Positions 11,891 to 22,551 of a stretch of DNA of 43,919 bases are shown in pieces (position 1 is the first letter of the stretch; each line of letters opens with the position of its first letter). Position numbers and translations under genes: made by a program. The stretch comes from Schizochytrium sp. TIO01. Lineage: Eukaryota; Protista; Bigyra: Labyrinthulomycetes. The notes beneath the pieces are model-generated. The model was not told where the DNA came from. It saw only the letters and a list, made by a program, of their open reading frames with translations, and made no database searches. Location of the stretch: assembly GCA_004764695.1 (NCBI GenBank), contig SMSO01000015.1, positions 1 through 43,919 of the forward strand, in the 5' to 3' direction.

Positions 11891-13360
11891 ATGAAGCTCA
11901 TGCAGTCCAGCATGAGGTGTTTCATGGTGTTCTCTAGGTCAGCAGTTCCGCTTTGCGAGGGAGGTCGAGGCGCCGTACATCGAGGAAGCGCTGGAGTTGG
12001 TACTAGTGAACTTCACGTTACAGGGTTCGGGTCTTATCGAGGTGTACAGGGTTCTCTGCGAGGAGGAATGTTCGCCATGGAGCGTAGAAACTACAGGATG
12101 GAGCGGCAGTTCTGGTCAGATCTCCCGCTCGACAGGCACCCGCTGCCAGAGCTACACGACGACGAGCTGTCTCACCAGGAGACCACAAAGGTTGTTAAGG
12201 ATGCTTTTGAGCACCCTGAATCCCGGTTCCTGCTCTTCCGTGACGGTAAGATTGCGCTTGCGAACCAGATTAAGGATATCGATTCCAAAGGCGAGACTTC
12301 TGCATCCGAAAGCAGCGGAAAATCTCTTGCGTGGTGGACATGGGCCCAAGTGTCTGCGTTGCCTTCGTGGAGGGCTCGCGAGCTCGAGCCAGAACCTGAG
12401 AAGTTCGTTGGTGAGATGGATGGCGATTCCGCGGGGCGTACTGTGATTCTGTTGGGTCGCAAGAAGAAGGTTGGAGATGTAGAACATGATAACTGCGGTG
12501 AAAGTCACGATGAAGTGATTCTTGGTAGCGGATGGCGTTTCGTATGCGATGTTAGCGGCGTGGAGGACCCTGCTCTCGAGAAGCTCACCTTCATTCATCC
12601 TCGAAGCATGCTTAACAAGCTTCCCAGTGGAGACATGGCTGTCGTGGGCCAGGCTGTGTCACGCATGAATTGGCACTTGGAGATGGCACACTCACCTCGG
12701 ACGGGCGCAGCTACTGCACCCATCGGATGTGGTCATCGCCGCCGAGACTGGTCCCAGGAGGACCGCCGAAATGCAGTTTTTTACCCTCGTACAGACCCGG
12801 TGGCAATCATGCTGGTCCAATCCAAGGACGGAGAGCGTTGCCTTCTTGGTAAGACTCGCCGCCGTGGAGGTGGCAACATGTACTCTTGTTTGGCAGGCTT
12901 TGTAGAGCAGGCTGAGTCCGTGGAGGCTGCCTGTCGCCGCGAGGTTTTTGAAGAGAGCGGTGTGCTTGTTGGGGATGAAGTCCAAATTGTAGGTACACAG
13001 CCGTGGCCCATCGGAGCTGCAGGTCACTGCGAGCTTATGGTCGGTTGCATCGCTCGTGCTTCTTGTGAAGACATCAACATGGATGAAAAGGAGATGGCCG
13101 ATGTTCGCTGGTTCACGCGAGCTGAAGCTCTCGAGCTTTTGCGCCTTTCACACGTACCCGGCGCCATGGGCAACCCGGAATATAAGGCCGTAGTACCACC
13201 GGACTGGGCAATTGCACATCACTTGATCAAGTCTTGGGCAGAGAATGATGTTTGGGATACTGCGCCAGTCTCCCCAAGTAAGGATCCGTCCTGGCTTATG
13301 GTGGCTGCTTCTAGCCTTGCTGTTGGCATGATCGCAGGTGTCTTCATTGGACGTTTGTAA
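11891..13360 (+). CDS. NADH pyrophosphatase / NAD-cap hydrolase (NudC/NUDT12-like Nudix)
   Basis: YPRTDPVAIML, Nudix box GFVEQAESVEAACRREVFEESGV, QPWP motif, LMVGC, AIAHHLI. Hydrophobic C-terminal tail. Start codon uncertain. Confidence 0.88.
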   Translation: MKLMQSSMRCFMVFSRSAVPLCEGGRGAVHRGSAGVGTSELHVTGFGSYRGVQGSLRGGMFAMERRNYRMERQFWSDLPLDRHPLPELHDDELSHQETTKVVKDAFEHPESRFLLFRDGKIALANQIKDIDSKGETSASESSGKSLAWWTWAQVSALPSWRARELEPEPEKFVGEMDGDSAGRTVILLGRKKKVGDVEHDNCGESHDEVILGSGWRFVCDVSGVEDPALEKLTFIHPRSMLNKLPSGDMAVVGQAVSRMNWHLEMAHSPRTGAATAPIGCGHRRRDWSQEDRRNAVFYPRTDPVAIMLVQSKDGERCLLGKTRRRGGGNMYSCLAGFVEQAESVEAACRREVFEESGVLVGDEVQIVGTQPWPIGAAGHCELMVGCIARASCEDINMDEKEMADVRWFTRAEALELLRLSHVPGAMGNPEYKAVVPPDWAIAHHLIKSWAENDVWDTAPVSPSKDPSWLMVAASSLAVGMIAGVFIGRL

Positions 13361-13833
13361 AACTTGCGTCTGTCCGTACTGAGGGACCGTAGTATTCTAT
13401 GTCAAATTCGAGTATATTTCATCTTTGCTTTAGATTTGGTTCGGTTGTCAAAGATGCTTGGCCGCTACATGCTGCTCTACTTTCCTGTGGGTTCTTATGA
13501 TATGAGTAACATAGCAAACTTCGAGCCGAATTTAACGATGTTTATTTTGCGATTTCTAGCAAGTCAGCATTTATCCCTATCAAGCAACGCAAGTCCAAGG
13601 TTTCTTATCAACATGCATATTTCGCTTACAATATGTACACAATGAAGTCATTTTCTTGATATTTTTTTATTATTTTTTTATAACCCCTGCAGCAAAGCCT
13701 TGCAGAATAAATAATCAAACCAAACACGCTGCTGCAAAACGCTCTGACGTCTGTTTCATGTCCAGTCTGTCCTTCAAATTAGTAATCTTTGTGGTTTATA
13801 TACTTGCGTAGCTACTCTATAATCATCTCATGT

Positions 13834-13906
13834 GCTTCGATAACTCAGTTGGTAGAGTGGTAGGTTTACACCCTGCAAGTCTTGGGATCGACGCCCGATC
13901 GAAGTA
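13834..13906 (+). tRNA. tRNA-Val(TAC), copy 1
   Basis: Cloverleaf: acceptor GCTTCGA/TCGAAGT, D-stem ACTC/GAGT, anticodon loop TTTACAC, T-arm TTGGG-ATCGACG-CCCGA. Oligo-T downstream. Confidence 0.92.
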
Positions 13907-14022
13907 AATGACAGGATTATTTTTTTCTCCTTTCTTTTTGCTCAATTTTTTCCCTCTTTTTTTTCTTTCTTCCTATGAAAAAAGAGAAAAGAAATGAAGT
14001 TACTGCCCCAAACATCTCAAGT

Positions 14023-14095
14023 GCTTCGATAACTCAGTTGGTAGAGTGGTAGGTTTACACCCTGCAAGTCTTGGGATCGACGCCCGATCGAAGTA
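14023..14095 (+). tRNA. tRNA-Val(TAC), copy 2
   Basis: Identical to copy 1; oligo-T downstream. Confidence 0.92.
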
Positions 14096-14337
14096 AATGA
14101 TAGGTTTATTTTTTTCTTTTTCCCTTTCTTTTTTTGGTGCAGATACTTCAATTTTTTCCCTTTTCGCTCTTTTTTTTTTTTTTTTTTTTTTTTTCTATGA
14201 AAAAGACAAATGAAGTGAGGCTTCCACTACACTACCAAAATTATGCTACTCTCTGAGTGACTTTGTTTTTGGCATTGAGATCTTGAGACCTGAAATGTAT
14301 TAACCAGTGGAGCCAGACGCAATAACATCTGTCAGAT

Positions 14338-14410
14338 GCTTCGATAACTCAGTTGGTAGAGTGGTAGGTTTACACCCTGCAAGTCTTGGGATCGACGCCC
14401 GATCGAAGTA
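14338..14410 (+). tRNA. tRNA-Val(TAC), copy 3
   Basis: Identical to copy 1; oligo-T downstream. Confidence 0.92.
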
Positions 14411-15647
14411 ATTGAGGATTTATTTTTTCCCTTTATTTTTTTCTTTTCTTTTGCTCCTTCGACTTTCTGTAACATTCCATTAAGATTAAATATATAGAGC
14501 ATTGGAGAGCTTTGCTATCAAAGACCATAACCAGTTATATAGATATTATTTGCACGGCAGATGAATGGACTTGTCTATTTCTTTACTAAAAACATTCAAA
14601 GCTATGTAGTAGTAGCATAGTATTGTTTTTCTTTTTCCTTACTATATGCTCAAGTATCTTAATAGTTCTATAAATGCAGTTCTCATTTTCTGAACTCATT
14701 ACTTACATAGAACAGGAACAGGGTCAAACGCGACCTCTTTATTTTAGAGCTACTGCTCAACGTTCACATTTTACTTAGATAATCATCCCGCCAGGATTTA
14801 GATAACGTTATGAAGCAGTCAACAAATCCAATTTCTGTCGTGTAACTGAGTCAATGAAGGTATCGTCCTACGATGTATGTAAAAGAGCAACTAGAAAATG
14901 CCTAATACCTCCGTTTAATCTTGGGAGCAGCATAAGGACGTCGACAAGGAAACAACAAATACGCATGGACTCCTCATGACACCATTATGGCGATTGACTA
15001 CTTTTGGCTCTATAAGTGGGCTACTTTGACCAGTCAAAAGCTTTCCTCGGCAGCTTTACTCTGAGCGAAAGCTCAAGTCAAAGCATTGCGTTTTTGCGCA
15101 ATTCGCAAGGCTGAAACCTGCAGTGTACCTATAAAATACTCTGTAAATTATCTTTCGTATTACCAGTTTGGGCAGATGTTATCCAGCCTCAGGTTGAGGA
15201 TTGCAAAAATGCTATGCTTTAGACACAAGTGTTGATTGCTATGCAAGGTGAGAATAACGATTTGTAAACTTGAACAAGTTAAGGAACTTTCAACTGACTA
15301 CGAATTCAAGCAAAACGCAGACACCAAGTAAAGGGATGCTATTGTAGAACCAAGCAAAAGTAGATAAATCTGGATATTTTTGATGAGACGGACCGAAAAA
15401 AGAAAAAGAAAAAGAAAAAAAGAGAATGAACAACTACAACAACAACGATCATCGACAACATCAAAAATGTGCCAAAGTCATGGGCGTGGTGGGAAGTGGA
15501 AGGGGATGAGAGGGTGAAGAGAAGTCAGGGTCGAAGTCAGTGTAAGGAATGCATATACCAAAGAGTAGTGTAAGGGACAATTTAGCATCTAACCGAGAGT
15601 ACAGGACATGAGAAGCGCATACTTGCGTGAGAAAGAAAAGACGAGAT

Positions 15648-17219
15648 TCAGCAGGCCGGGGAGGAGCGCGTAATCTTGTTGGCCAGCGCAAGACCACCAA
15701 GCGCTGTCTCCTTGTACTCCTCCTTCATGTCATTGCCGATCTGGCGCATGACCTCGACTACGGTATCAAAAGAAATGTGGTGGCTCTCCTCGGCAGAGAC
15801 GATGGCGAGGGCAGCAGCGTTCATGGCCTTGGTGGCACCCATGGCGTTACGCTCAATGCAGGGGATCTGGACGAGACCATCGATGGGGTCGCAGGTGAGA
15901 CCAAGAGAGTGCTCCATGGCAATCTCAGCAGCGTTCTCGACCTGACCGGGAGATCCGCCAAGGCAAGCAGCAAGACCAGCAGCAGCCATGGAGCTAGCGA
16001 CACCAACCTCACCCTGGCAGCCAGCCTCAGCTCCGGAGATGGAGGCGTTTTGCTTGAAGAGGGCGCCAATGGCAGCTGCGGTCAGAAGGAAGCGACGAGG
16101 GGCAAGGACGACAGCTTCCTCGTAAGACGGGTAGAGGTGCTTGAGCTGGCGCACAGTGCGCGGGTTGAGGAGGTCAGTAATGAGGTGCTTGATGCAAGCG
16201 GGGATGATACCACTGGCACCGTTGGTGGGTGCAGTGACGATCTGCGACCATCCACCAGCGTTCTCCTCGTTGACGGCGATGGCATACATGGAGAGCTTGG
16301 ACATGCCGTTGAGCAGAGGGAGGAAGGAGTCCTCGTGGGATGGAAGGGAGTTGCTGCGAGCAAAGTGCTTCTCCTTCTGGTAGAGCTTGGGAGCACGGCG
16401 CTTGACTTCAAGGCGACCGGGGAGCATGGGCTCGGTGGAGGTGAGTCCGCGCTCAATGCAGCCGTTCATGACACCCCAGATGCGGTCGAGCTTGGCATTG
16501 ACCTCGTCCTCGGTGAATCCCTTGTGGAGCTCGTTGTGGCGCATGACCTCGGCAATGTCCATCTGCTTGTTGGCGCAGATTACGAGGAGTTCCTTCATGT
16601 TCTTGAAGTGAAGGTCGAGGAGGTGAGCCTCCTTCTCCTGAGCGAGCTCAGCCTTTGTGGCATGCATCTCGTGCAGAGTACGGATGAAACCACCTCCGAT
16701 GCTGAAGTAAGTCTCCTCGAAGAGAAGAGTTTTGCCAGAGTCACCGAAGGCCTTGACAGTCATGGCGTTGGAGTGCTCCTTCTTGCGGTCAAAGCTCCAG
16801 GTGAGCTCCTCGCGCTCCTCAAAGGAGATGAACTTCTCACCTCCGAGGTGGAGCATACGATCGCGGGAGATCGAGTGCAAGATCTCAACAGCGTTCTCGA
16901 CTCTGTCGGGGGCTACGCCGGAAAGACCAAGGAGGCAGGCCTGGTCGGTGGCGTGGCCCTTTCCGGTGAGAGAGAGGGAACCGAAGAGGTCAACCTGGAC
17001 GCGGTCAACCTTGTCCATGAGGTCCTTCTTGCGGAGCTCATCCACGAAGTCGTTACAGGCCTTCATGGGGCCAACGGTGTGCGAAGAAGAGGGGCCCACA
17101 CCAATCTTGAAGAGCTCAAAGGTCGAGGTGGTCACGCTGCGGGTCGCCAGCTTGAAGGCGACGGGTCCCGCCATGGCGCCACGGCGAGACAGGTTCGCAC
17201 TCATCTTGAAGGCCATCAT
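15648..17219 (-). CDS. sdaA: Iron-sulfur-dependent L-serine dehydratase (bacterial SdaA/SdaB type), probable mitochondrial leader
   Basis: FELFKIGVGPSSSHTVGPM, GSLSLTGKGHATD, YFSIGGGF, AIAVNEENAGG, VTAPTNGASGIIP, ASISGAEAGCQGEVG, LGLTCDPIDGLVQIPCIERN, YKETALGGLA. Strong C/G-ending codon bias. Confidence 0.95.
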   Translation of the reverse strand: MMAFKMSANLSRRGAMAGPVAFKLATRSVTTSTFELFKIGVGPSSSHTVGPMKACNDFVDELRKKDLMDKVDRVQVDLFGSLSLTGKGHATDQACLLGLSGVAPDRVENAVEILHSISRDRMLHLGGEKFISFEEREELTWSFDRKKEHSNAMTVKAFGDSGKTLLFEETYFSIGGGFIRTLHEMHATKAELAQEKEAHLLDLHFKNMKELLVICANKQMDIAEVMRHNELHKGFTEDEVNAKLDRIWGVMNGCIERGLTSTEPMLPGRLEVKRRAPKLYQKEKHFARSNSLPSHEDSFLPLLNGMSKLSMYAIAVNEENAGGWSQIVTAPTNGASGIIPACIKHLITDLLNPRTVRQLKHLYPSYEEAVVLAPRRFLLTAAAIGALFKQNASISGAEAGCQGEVGVASSMAAAGLAACLGGSPGQVENAAEIAMEHSLGLTCDPIDGLVQIPCIERNAMGATKAMNAAALAIVSAEESHHISFDTVVEVMRQIGNDMKEEYKETALGGLALANKITRSSPAC

Positions 17220-17453
17220 GATTGCCCTCTTGCCTGCTTCAATCCCTGCTTCCCTGTTTGCTTGCCTGATTGCTTGCTCACAGCAAACACCTCAGCCTGC
17301 AAGGAAACTGGCTGCGTTCGAGTTCTGTAATTCGGATTTGCTTCTGCAATTCTCCTCCTCTGCGCCCTCCTCCTCCTTCTCCCTCCTCCTCTTCTTCCTT
17401 TTCTTCCACTCAAGTGAAAGCATTTCTTTTTAATGCTTTCTTTTAATTTAATT

Positions 17454-17454
<1 letters not shown>

Positions 17455-17498
<44 letters not shown>

Positions 17499-17500
17499 AA
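17455..17500. repeat. (TAAA)n microsatellite
   Basis: Direct reading. Confidence 0.9.
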
Positions 17501-18676
17501 ATAAAAAGAAGTTAGTTTTTTGTAGTGCTGATAAATGATCAAACAAATCAGACATCGCTACCAGTCTCCTAAGATCTATCTACTGCACATGGTTGACCCC
17601 TTCTCTTTAAACTTTAAACTTTGTGTGGGATTTGATTACAAGAAAACCAGAAGAGAGGTCGCCGTGTTCCTTTGGGGCCCGCCGAAAGATGTGGCGCACT
17701 GTCTTCAAAACGCGTGCCTGCGCAGCTTATGGCGCTTTTCCCGTCTGCTTCCACTATCTCCAGCCTTTTGCCGGCTCCGTGTGAGTTTTGCTACTGCGTT
17801 ATCGCGACACTGTTCGCGCATGGCAACGACCAACTTTTGTTTTTTGTTTCTTTTTGTGATTCCTGCGTTACCTTTAATTTAAAAAAGAAAAGAAAAAAAG
17901 TTAAATAATGTTTTTTGTTTTTTTAAAGTAAGAAGTTCACAGCCGAGGGAAAAAGGGAAACTTGAATGAAATACAGAGTCAGTTTCTTCGCTATGTGCGA
18001 CTTATTTCTTTGGTGGTTTCGCTGGAGCCTCCGCCTTCCTGCATCGACTGTGATTCATGTGCCCTCGTAAGCGCTACACCCGGCACAGTGTTCCGTGGCC
18101 AGGATGCCCCAAAGCTCGCTTGATCTGCAGCGCCACACGCTTCTGCTGTCTTTAGTTCTCTCGAGTTCTAGCTCTTTTGCAATTTTCCTTTTCTCTCTTT
18201 TCTTTCTTCAAGTTCTCATCTTTCTTTTATTTTAACTTCTAAGCCATAGAACAGCACTTTAGCACCGCGTTCTCTCGCCCTCTTTCCCGTTCTTTCCCGC
18301 GTAGACCATCGCCTGTCTTCTGTTCTTTTTCTTTCTTTTCTTTTTCTTTCTTTTCTTTTCTCTGTCCTCCTTTTCTCGTTGCCTGGTCTTCACCTTCGTG
18401 CCAAGCTTCTTCACTGCATTGTTACCGGTAGACGATCCGCATTCCCTCCTGCTTTCACCCCTCGCGAATTAATAAGTCGTGGATGAGACACGCCGCCGCG
18501 CTGTTCTGTCGATGTGCGTATGAATATACACTCCATTCCTTTCCATTCCATTCCATCACTTCTTTCCGCGGCTTTTGGCCTCAAGAAACCCTGCAAAGGC
18601 GGCGCAAACCCGTCGAAGGAAGGCATCGCGCGCAGGCTTTATATGCTATGCTAATCAGTATAAACAGCACTTGATT

Positions 18677-18770
18677 GAAAAGAGAAGAAAAGAAAAGAAA
18701 AGAGAAGAAAAGAAAAGAAAAGAAAAGAAAAGAAAAGAAAAGAAAAGAAAAGAAAAGAAAAAAAGAAAAG
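18677..18770. repeat. (AAAAG)n microsatellite
   Basis: Direct reading. Confidence 0.9.
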
Positions 18771-19125
18771 CAGTCCACGCAAAGGAAAGGAGGGATTTAT
18801 GAGCAGAACGAAACTAGGGATTAGAAGAGGAAACAAAAATAGGGGCAAATGTAATTTGCTGTTGAAAGAACTCAATTGCCTACTATACTATATTGAAAAA
18901 AACAAACCCATGAACAATACTGTTCTTTGTTTGCTCATTTGAGACACTTGAACGAACGAACGAACAGACAAACAAACAAACATACAAAAGCGACGTTAAG
19001 GTCCTCTTTGATTGCGGCTCACGCGTGCGCTAGGTTCACGTAGACACAAAAGGCGCTGTCTTATGAAGAATAAGACTTGAGCAGTAGTAGTAGGAGTTGG
19101 CAAAGGGAAAGATATGCTGTTGAAA

Positions 19126-19312
19126 AAATGAATGAATGAATGAATGAATGAATGAGTCAATCGATCAATCAATCAATCAATCAATATAGACATGGATATG
19201 AATATGAATTGAATATGGATATGAATATGGATATGGATGAATACGGATATAATAAATATATAAATGAATGAATGAATATGGATTTGAATATGGATATGGA
19301 TGAATACGGATG
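19126..19312. repeat. Compound low-complexity tract (AATG)n/(TCAA)n/(ATATGR)n
   Basis: Direct reading. Confidence 0.75.
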
Positions 19313-19675
19313 AGCGAGTGAGCGAAGATAGTGAATACAATTTTTAGACTTTCTGTGGCCTTGAGTTTGTCAGGCTGGCTTGCTTTGCTTTTCTTTACTC
19401 GCTCGCTCGCTGCTGGCTGTTTGGGATAGGCCCTTCGAGCCGAGTTTATTGCTGGGTCTTGTAGTTACAGGGAGGTTTTCAGAATTTTCATTTGATCTGA
19501 CTGCGTAACACTACAAAAGTTGGTTGAGGGGTTTGTTGGGTCAGGTTGTTTGATGGTGTATTGCAATCTCTTCTTTTGCCCCCCTTCTTTATCTTCATTT
19601 CCTTCTTTCGCCTTGGCCTTCGAAAGATATAAAGCGTCTTTATTTTTGACTCCTTTCTTGAAAACTTGAAGACTC

Positions 19676-19966
<291 letters not shown>

Positions 19967-22491
19967 GTAGTTCAAAAACAAAACTAGCTTTAATTTAGAA
20001 GCCTGAAGGGAATTAGGCAAGCAAAGGAAACCATGCCGATTCTATCATATCGAATGCAAGGTTCATCAATTCATCTACAAGAATAGCCAAACCAGAGAAT
20101 CCTCTGAAGGAACGAAAAAATGAAGGAAGGAAAAGAGTGGATTATTCAATTTGGCTGCCTCTCTTTAGCGCCCATCTTTTCTTTTCTCCTCTCTCTTTTC
20201 CTTCCTTCGCTTTCACATCCAATCTCACCAAAAGGCCCAGAAAAGGCAGAGCTGTCCCCTCTACTCTCCACTGGCCACTCTCTCCACCAGACCAGTGCTC
20301 AGTGTCCCTGTCGGTCTGCACTTCTTTCACCTTTTCTATGAATTGATGACTCACACTACCTATATACATAGGTAGACATTAGCAAGAGCACCTAAACAAA
20401 ACAAAAGCAAATACTACTGCTAGTATCCGCTAGCAGTTTCTTATTATTGCGTAGTGTTTCTCCAAAAAAAGAAAAGATGAGAAAAAGCTTTGTTTGAAGG
20501 GTTATTTGATTATATAACACTACGGAGAACGAAGGGAAAGAGAACGAGGTAATAGAAGAGATGAAAGGAGCGGGCGATCGAGCAGCCTCCTCGATCCATG
20601 GAGGCAAAGAGAAAGGCAGAAAGAGAGAGAGGCCGAGAGAGAGGCCTGAAGAGGTGGTCTCTGTCTGCGACGCAAAGGCGGCTCAGCGACAGCCTCTCAG
20701 CCATTCTCCCGAGCGATTACTGAGAAGCTGCGCACAACGCGGTTCTCTGAGGTGCCTAAGCAGCGTGAAGTTTATCATCGCTGCGCGCGTTTTTCTCTTT
20801 TCTCTTTCTTTTTCCATAGGTATCATGCGCTGTAATTTATATTTTTAAGTTTAAAATTCTCTAAAGAACGTTCAGGTTTCGTCGTCATAGGTTGAAGATT
20901 TAATGAGAAAAAGGTGATTGAAAGAAACCCGCAAAAGCTTGCGCTGCTGCACCTCAATCGCGAGATTGGGAGGGTCCGTGCAGAAAGATCACGACCTCAG
21001 ACGGATTGGGTTCAAGTCCGTCTGCATATTTGCCATTCCCGTTTGCAACTCAGCTTTTACATGCCTGCCTGGGTACCTATAATTTACATGAACCTATAAA
21101 ATCCTATAGTGTGAAACGAAAGTAGCAGTAGAAAAGCTCTCAGCTGCCTTTTCTTACTCTAGTAGTAATTAATTGAGATTAATTTATGAAAAACAAACTG
21201 TGAGAATAAATTTTATTTCAGAAGTAAAGGGAATAAGGGCGTCGAGCAGAACCCAAAAGAACTGCCTCCGCATCTTTAAAGACACCAAACTATGTATGGA
21301 CCGTGCGATTACGAGGGCTATAATCGCGCATCTGATTGCCACTGAGTCCCCTGGCACGCTTGAAATACGATCCTTAAAGCCCGCACCCATTTAAAGCTCG
21401 GTCATCGTCGATTGGTGATCGACGAGCCGTTCTGGGTTAGAAGAAGGAAAGCGGAGAGGCACCTATCGTTTTCATTTGTTTATCAACTAATAATAATAGT
21501 AACAACACCAACGATTAATATTTTTTTATTTTATATTTTAATGATGTAAAAAATCGCAAAGTCTGTTGATGAAATGTGGTGGTTTTCCTGAAAAGACTCA
21601 TTTTCTAAGGTTGGCTCTGATCTGTGCTGGGATCTGTATGAGCGCCTTTAATTGAGTGTACCTACAATTGGTGTGGATGGGTTACTGATCAAATATTTGG
21701 ACCAACGCAGCGCTCGGATTTATTTGCAGAAAAAGACAAAAAAATTAAAAATTAATAGAAAACGAAAAAAACTGACCCGGGAGACTCCAACAAACGCCGC
21801 TTTCCGATTACTAACTGGTGACTGCGCAACGCATTTCCATGTCATATCCTATAAACTCTATATAACATAAATATTAGGAGTGGTGGGGCGACCTCTCCTC
21901 TTTTCTTTTTTTAAAAATTTGTTTTCTTACTTTCAAGCTCTTTCTTTCTTTTTGAGAGTTCTCGTCCCTCATTTCTAAGCAATGATGATATCTACTTTTT
22001 TTAATCAATATTTTAAACTTTAATTAAAAAGAAGTTTAGAAAAGTGTTGGGTACCTCATGTTATTATTAGGATGATGGTTGGGCTTCGAATAAGTAGTTT
22101 TCGGTATTATTAGGTAGTATCTACTGATTCTGCTAAGGGTGTGGAGTAGCAATAGTATGTAGTTAGTTGTGAGAAGTTGTGAGAAAAGAATGAATGATAA
22201 GAATCGCGATTTGACGCGGCGCCAAGAACCATCAAGGGAGGGAAACCAGTCCACAGCAAATACGCGAGAGTGCCGATCTAAAGAAAGGAGGCAGCTGCAA
22301 GGTTCCACTCCAGCCTGCCATGTATCCTGCCACGAGCAGTGAGTTTGTCGGTATTGATTCCCTTTGGATAAAATTGAATGTTAAACGTTCTCCAAAGTAC
22401 ATTTGGCGGCACAGAGATGTTGACGAGATGTAATCAAGCTAGATATTCTGTTTCTCACTATCTCAGGATAATATAATATACCTAGGATTTA

Positions 22492-22551
22492 ATCTTGATC
22501 TTGATCTTGATCTTGATCTTGACCTTGACCTTGACCTTGACCTTGATCTTA
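22492..22551. repeat. (TTGATC)n/(TTGACC)n hexamer repeat
   Basis: Direct reading. Confidence 0.85.

Noticed and set aside
15627-17330. 567-aa plus-strand ORF
   Set aside because: Antisense shadow of the codon-biased serine dehydratase gene; non-ATG start and no motifs.
18575-18875. Lys/Arg-rich and Phe-rich ORFs
   Set aside because: Translation of the (AAAAG)n repeat.
20990-21030. Possible tRNA because of GGTTCAAGTCC
   Set aside because: No T-stem, D-arm or acceptor-stem pairing.
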